From Sarea resinae (taxonomy: Eukaryota): DNA of 20,356 nucleotides. The notes under the pieces are model-generated. The model saw only the letters and a program-made list of their open reading frames with translations, did not search any database and was not told the origin of the DNA. The stretch covers positions 496,001 through 516,356 of the forward strand of contig JAPEUD010000012.1 of assembly GCA_026026165.1 (NCBI GenBank). The letters run 5' to 3'. The translations under genes were made by a program, and so were the position numbers. Each line of letters begins with the position of its first letter. Positions within the stretch are counted from its first letter, which is position 1. Positions 20,070 through 20,356 of the stretch are shown one piece after another.

Positions 20070-20330
20070 GCAGAGTAGACGAGAACCTGGGATGATCATG
20101 TCATGTAAGATGACGTGTAGTGAGTCGTGGCTCGTTGGATGTCGCGTAGCAGCTCGTTAAAACGATCGAAGGGGCGAGGAAGTAAGAAAGTGAAGCCGGT
20201 TCTTGCTCAATATCGTAACCATCGCCACTTGAACAAATACCAGATCTGCCTTCAGTGAATATACAGCGTTCACCCCGTGTCTGTAGAACGTTCCCAGCCG
20301 CAAGCAGACTCGGCTCCCCCCTTTTTCTTC

Positions 20331-20355
20331 GGGGGGCGGGGGGGGGGGGGGGGGG
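20331..20355. repeat. Poly-G tract (G6-C-G18) at the window end
   Basis: Read directly; may be a real homopolymer or a sequencing/assembly-end artefact. Confidence 0.7.
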
Positions 20356-20356
20356 C

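Noticed and set aside
20316..20356. C6-loop-G6 hairpin and G18 run as a terminator or G4 element
   Set aside because: Lies at the very end of the sequence, where poly-G artefacts and assembly breaks are common; cannot be evaluated.

Overview
Eukaryotic, intron-rich genomic DNA from a filamentous ascomycete (Pezizomycotina-like: GT(A/G/C)NGT donors, CTRAC branch points, mostly 45-100 nt introns). Manual splicing gives eight complete protein-coding genes, most of them only partly visible in the ORF track: an Stc1-domain zinc-binding protein (+, 59-1336), a Pro/Ser-rich DUF7514-like protein (+, 3359-5352), an intronless fungal C2H2-like zinc-finger protein (+, 6788-7600), LSM1 (+, 8646-9505), an uncharacterised coiled-coil protein (-, 10672-12228), anthranilate synthase component I TRP2 (+, 12677-14767), the Nudix hydrolase DDP1/Aps1 (-, 15369-15984) and the 11-exon arginyltransferase ATE1 (+, 17808-20069). 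I found no tRNA, rRNA, transposon or CRISPR. The window looks like core housekeeping genome, and I cannot support a new multi-gene system. The best leads are in splicing and translation: a dual-frame alternative first exon in ATE1 (second ATG plus second donor that together restore frame), a CAG|GTGAGC recursive-splice-like junction and an in-frame retainable intron in TRP2, and weak or AAG splice sites in LSM1 and ATE1.
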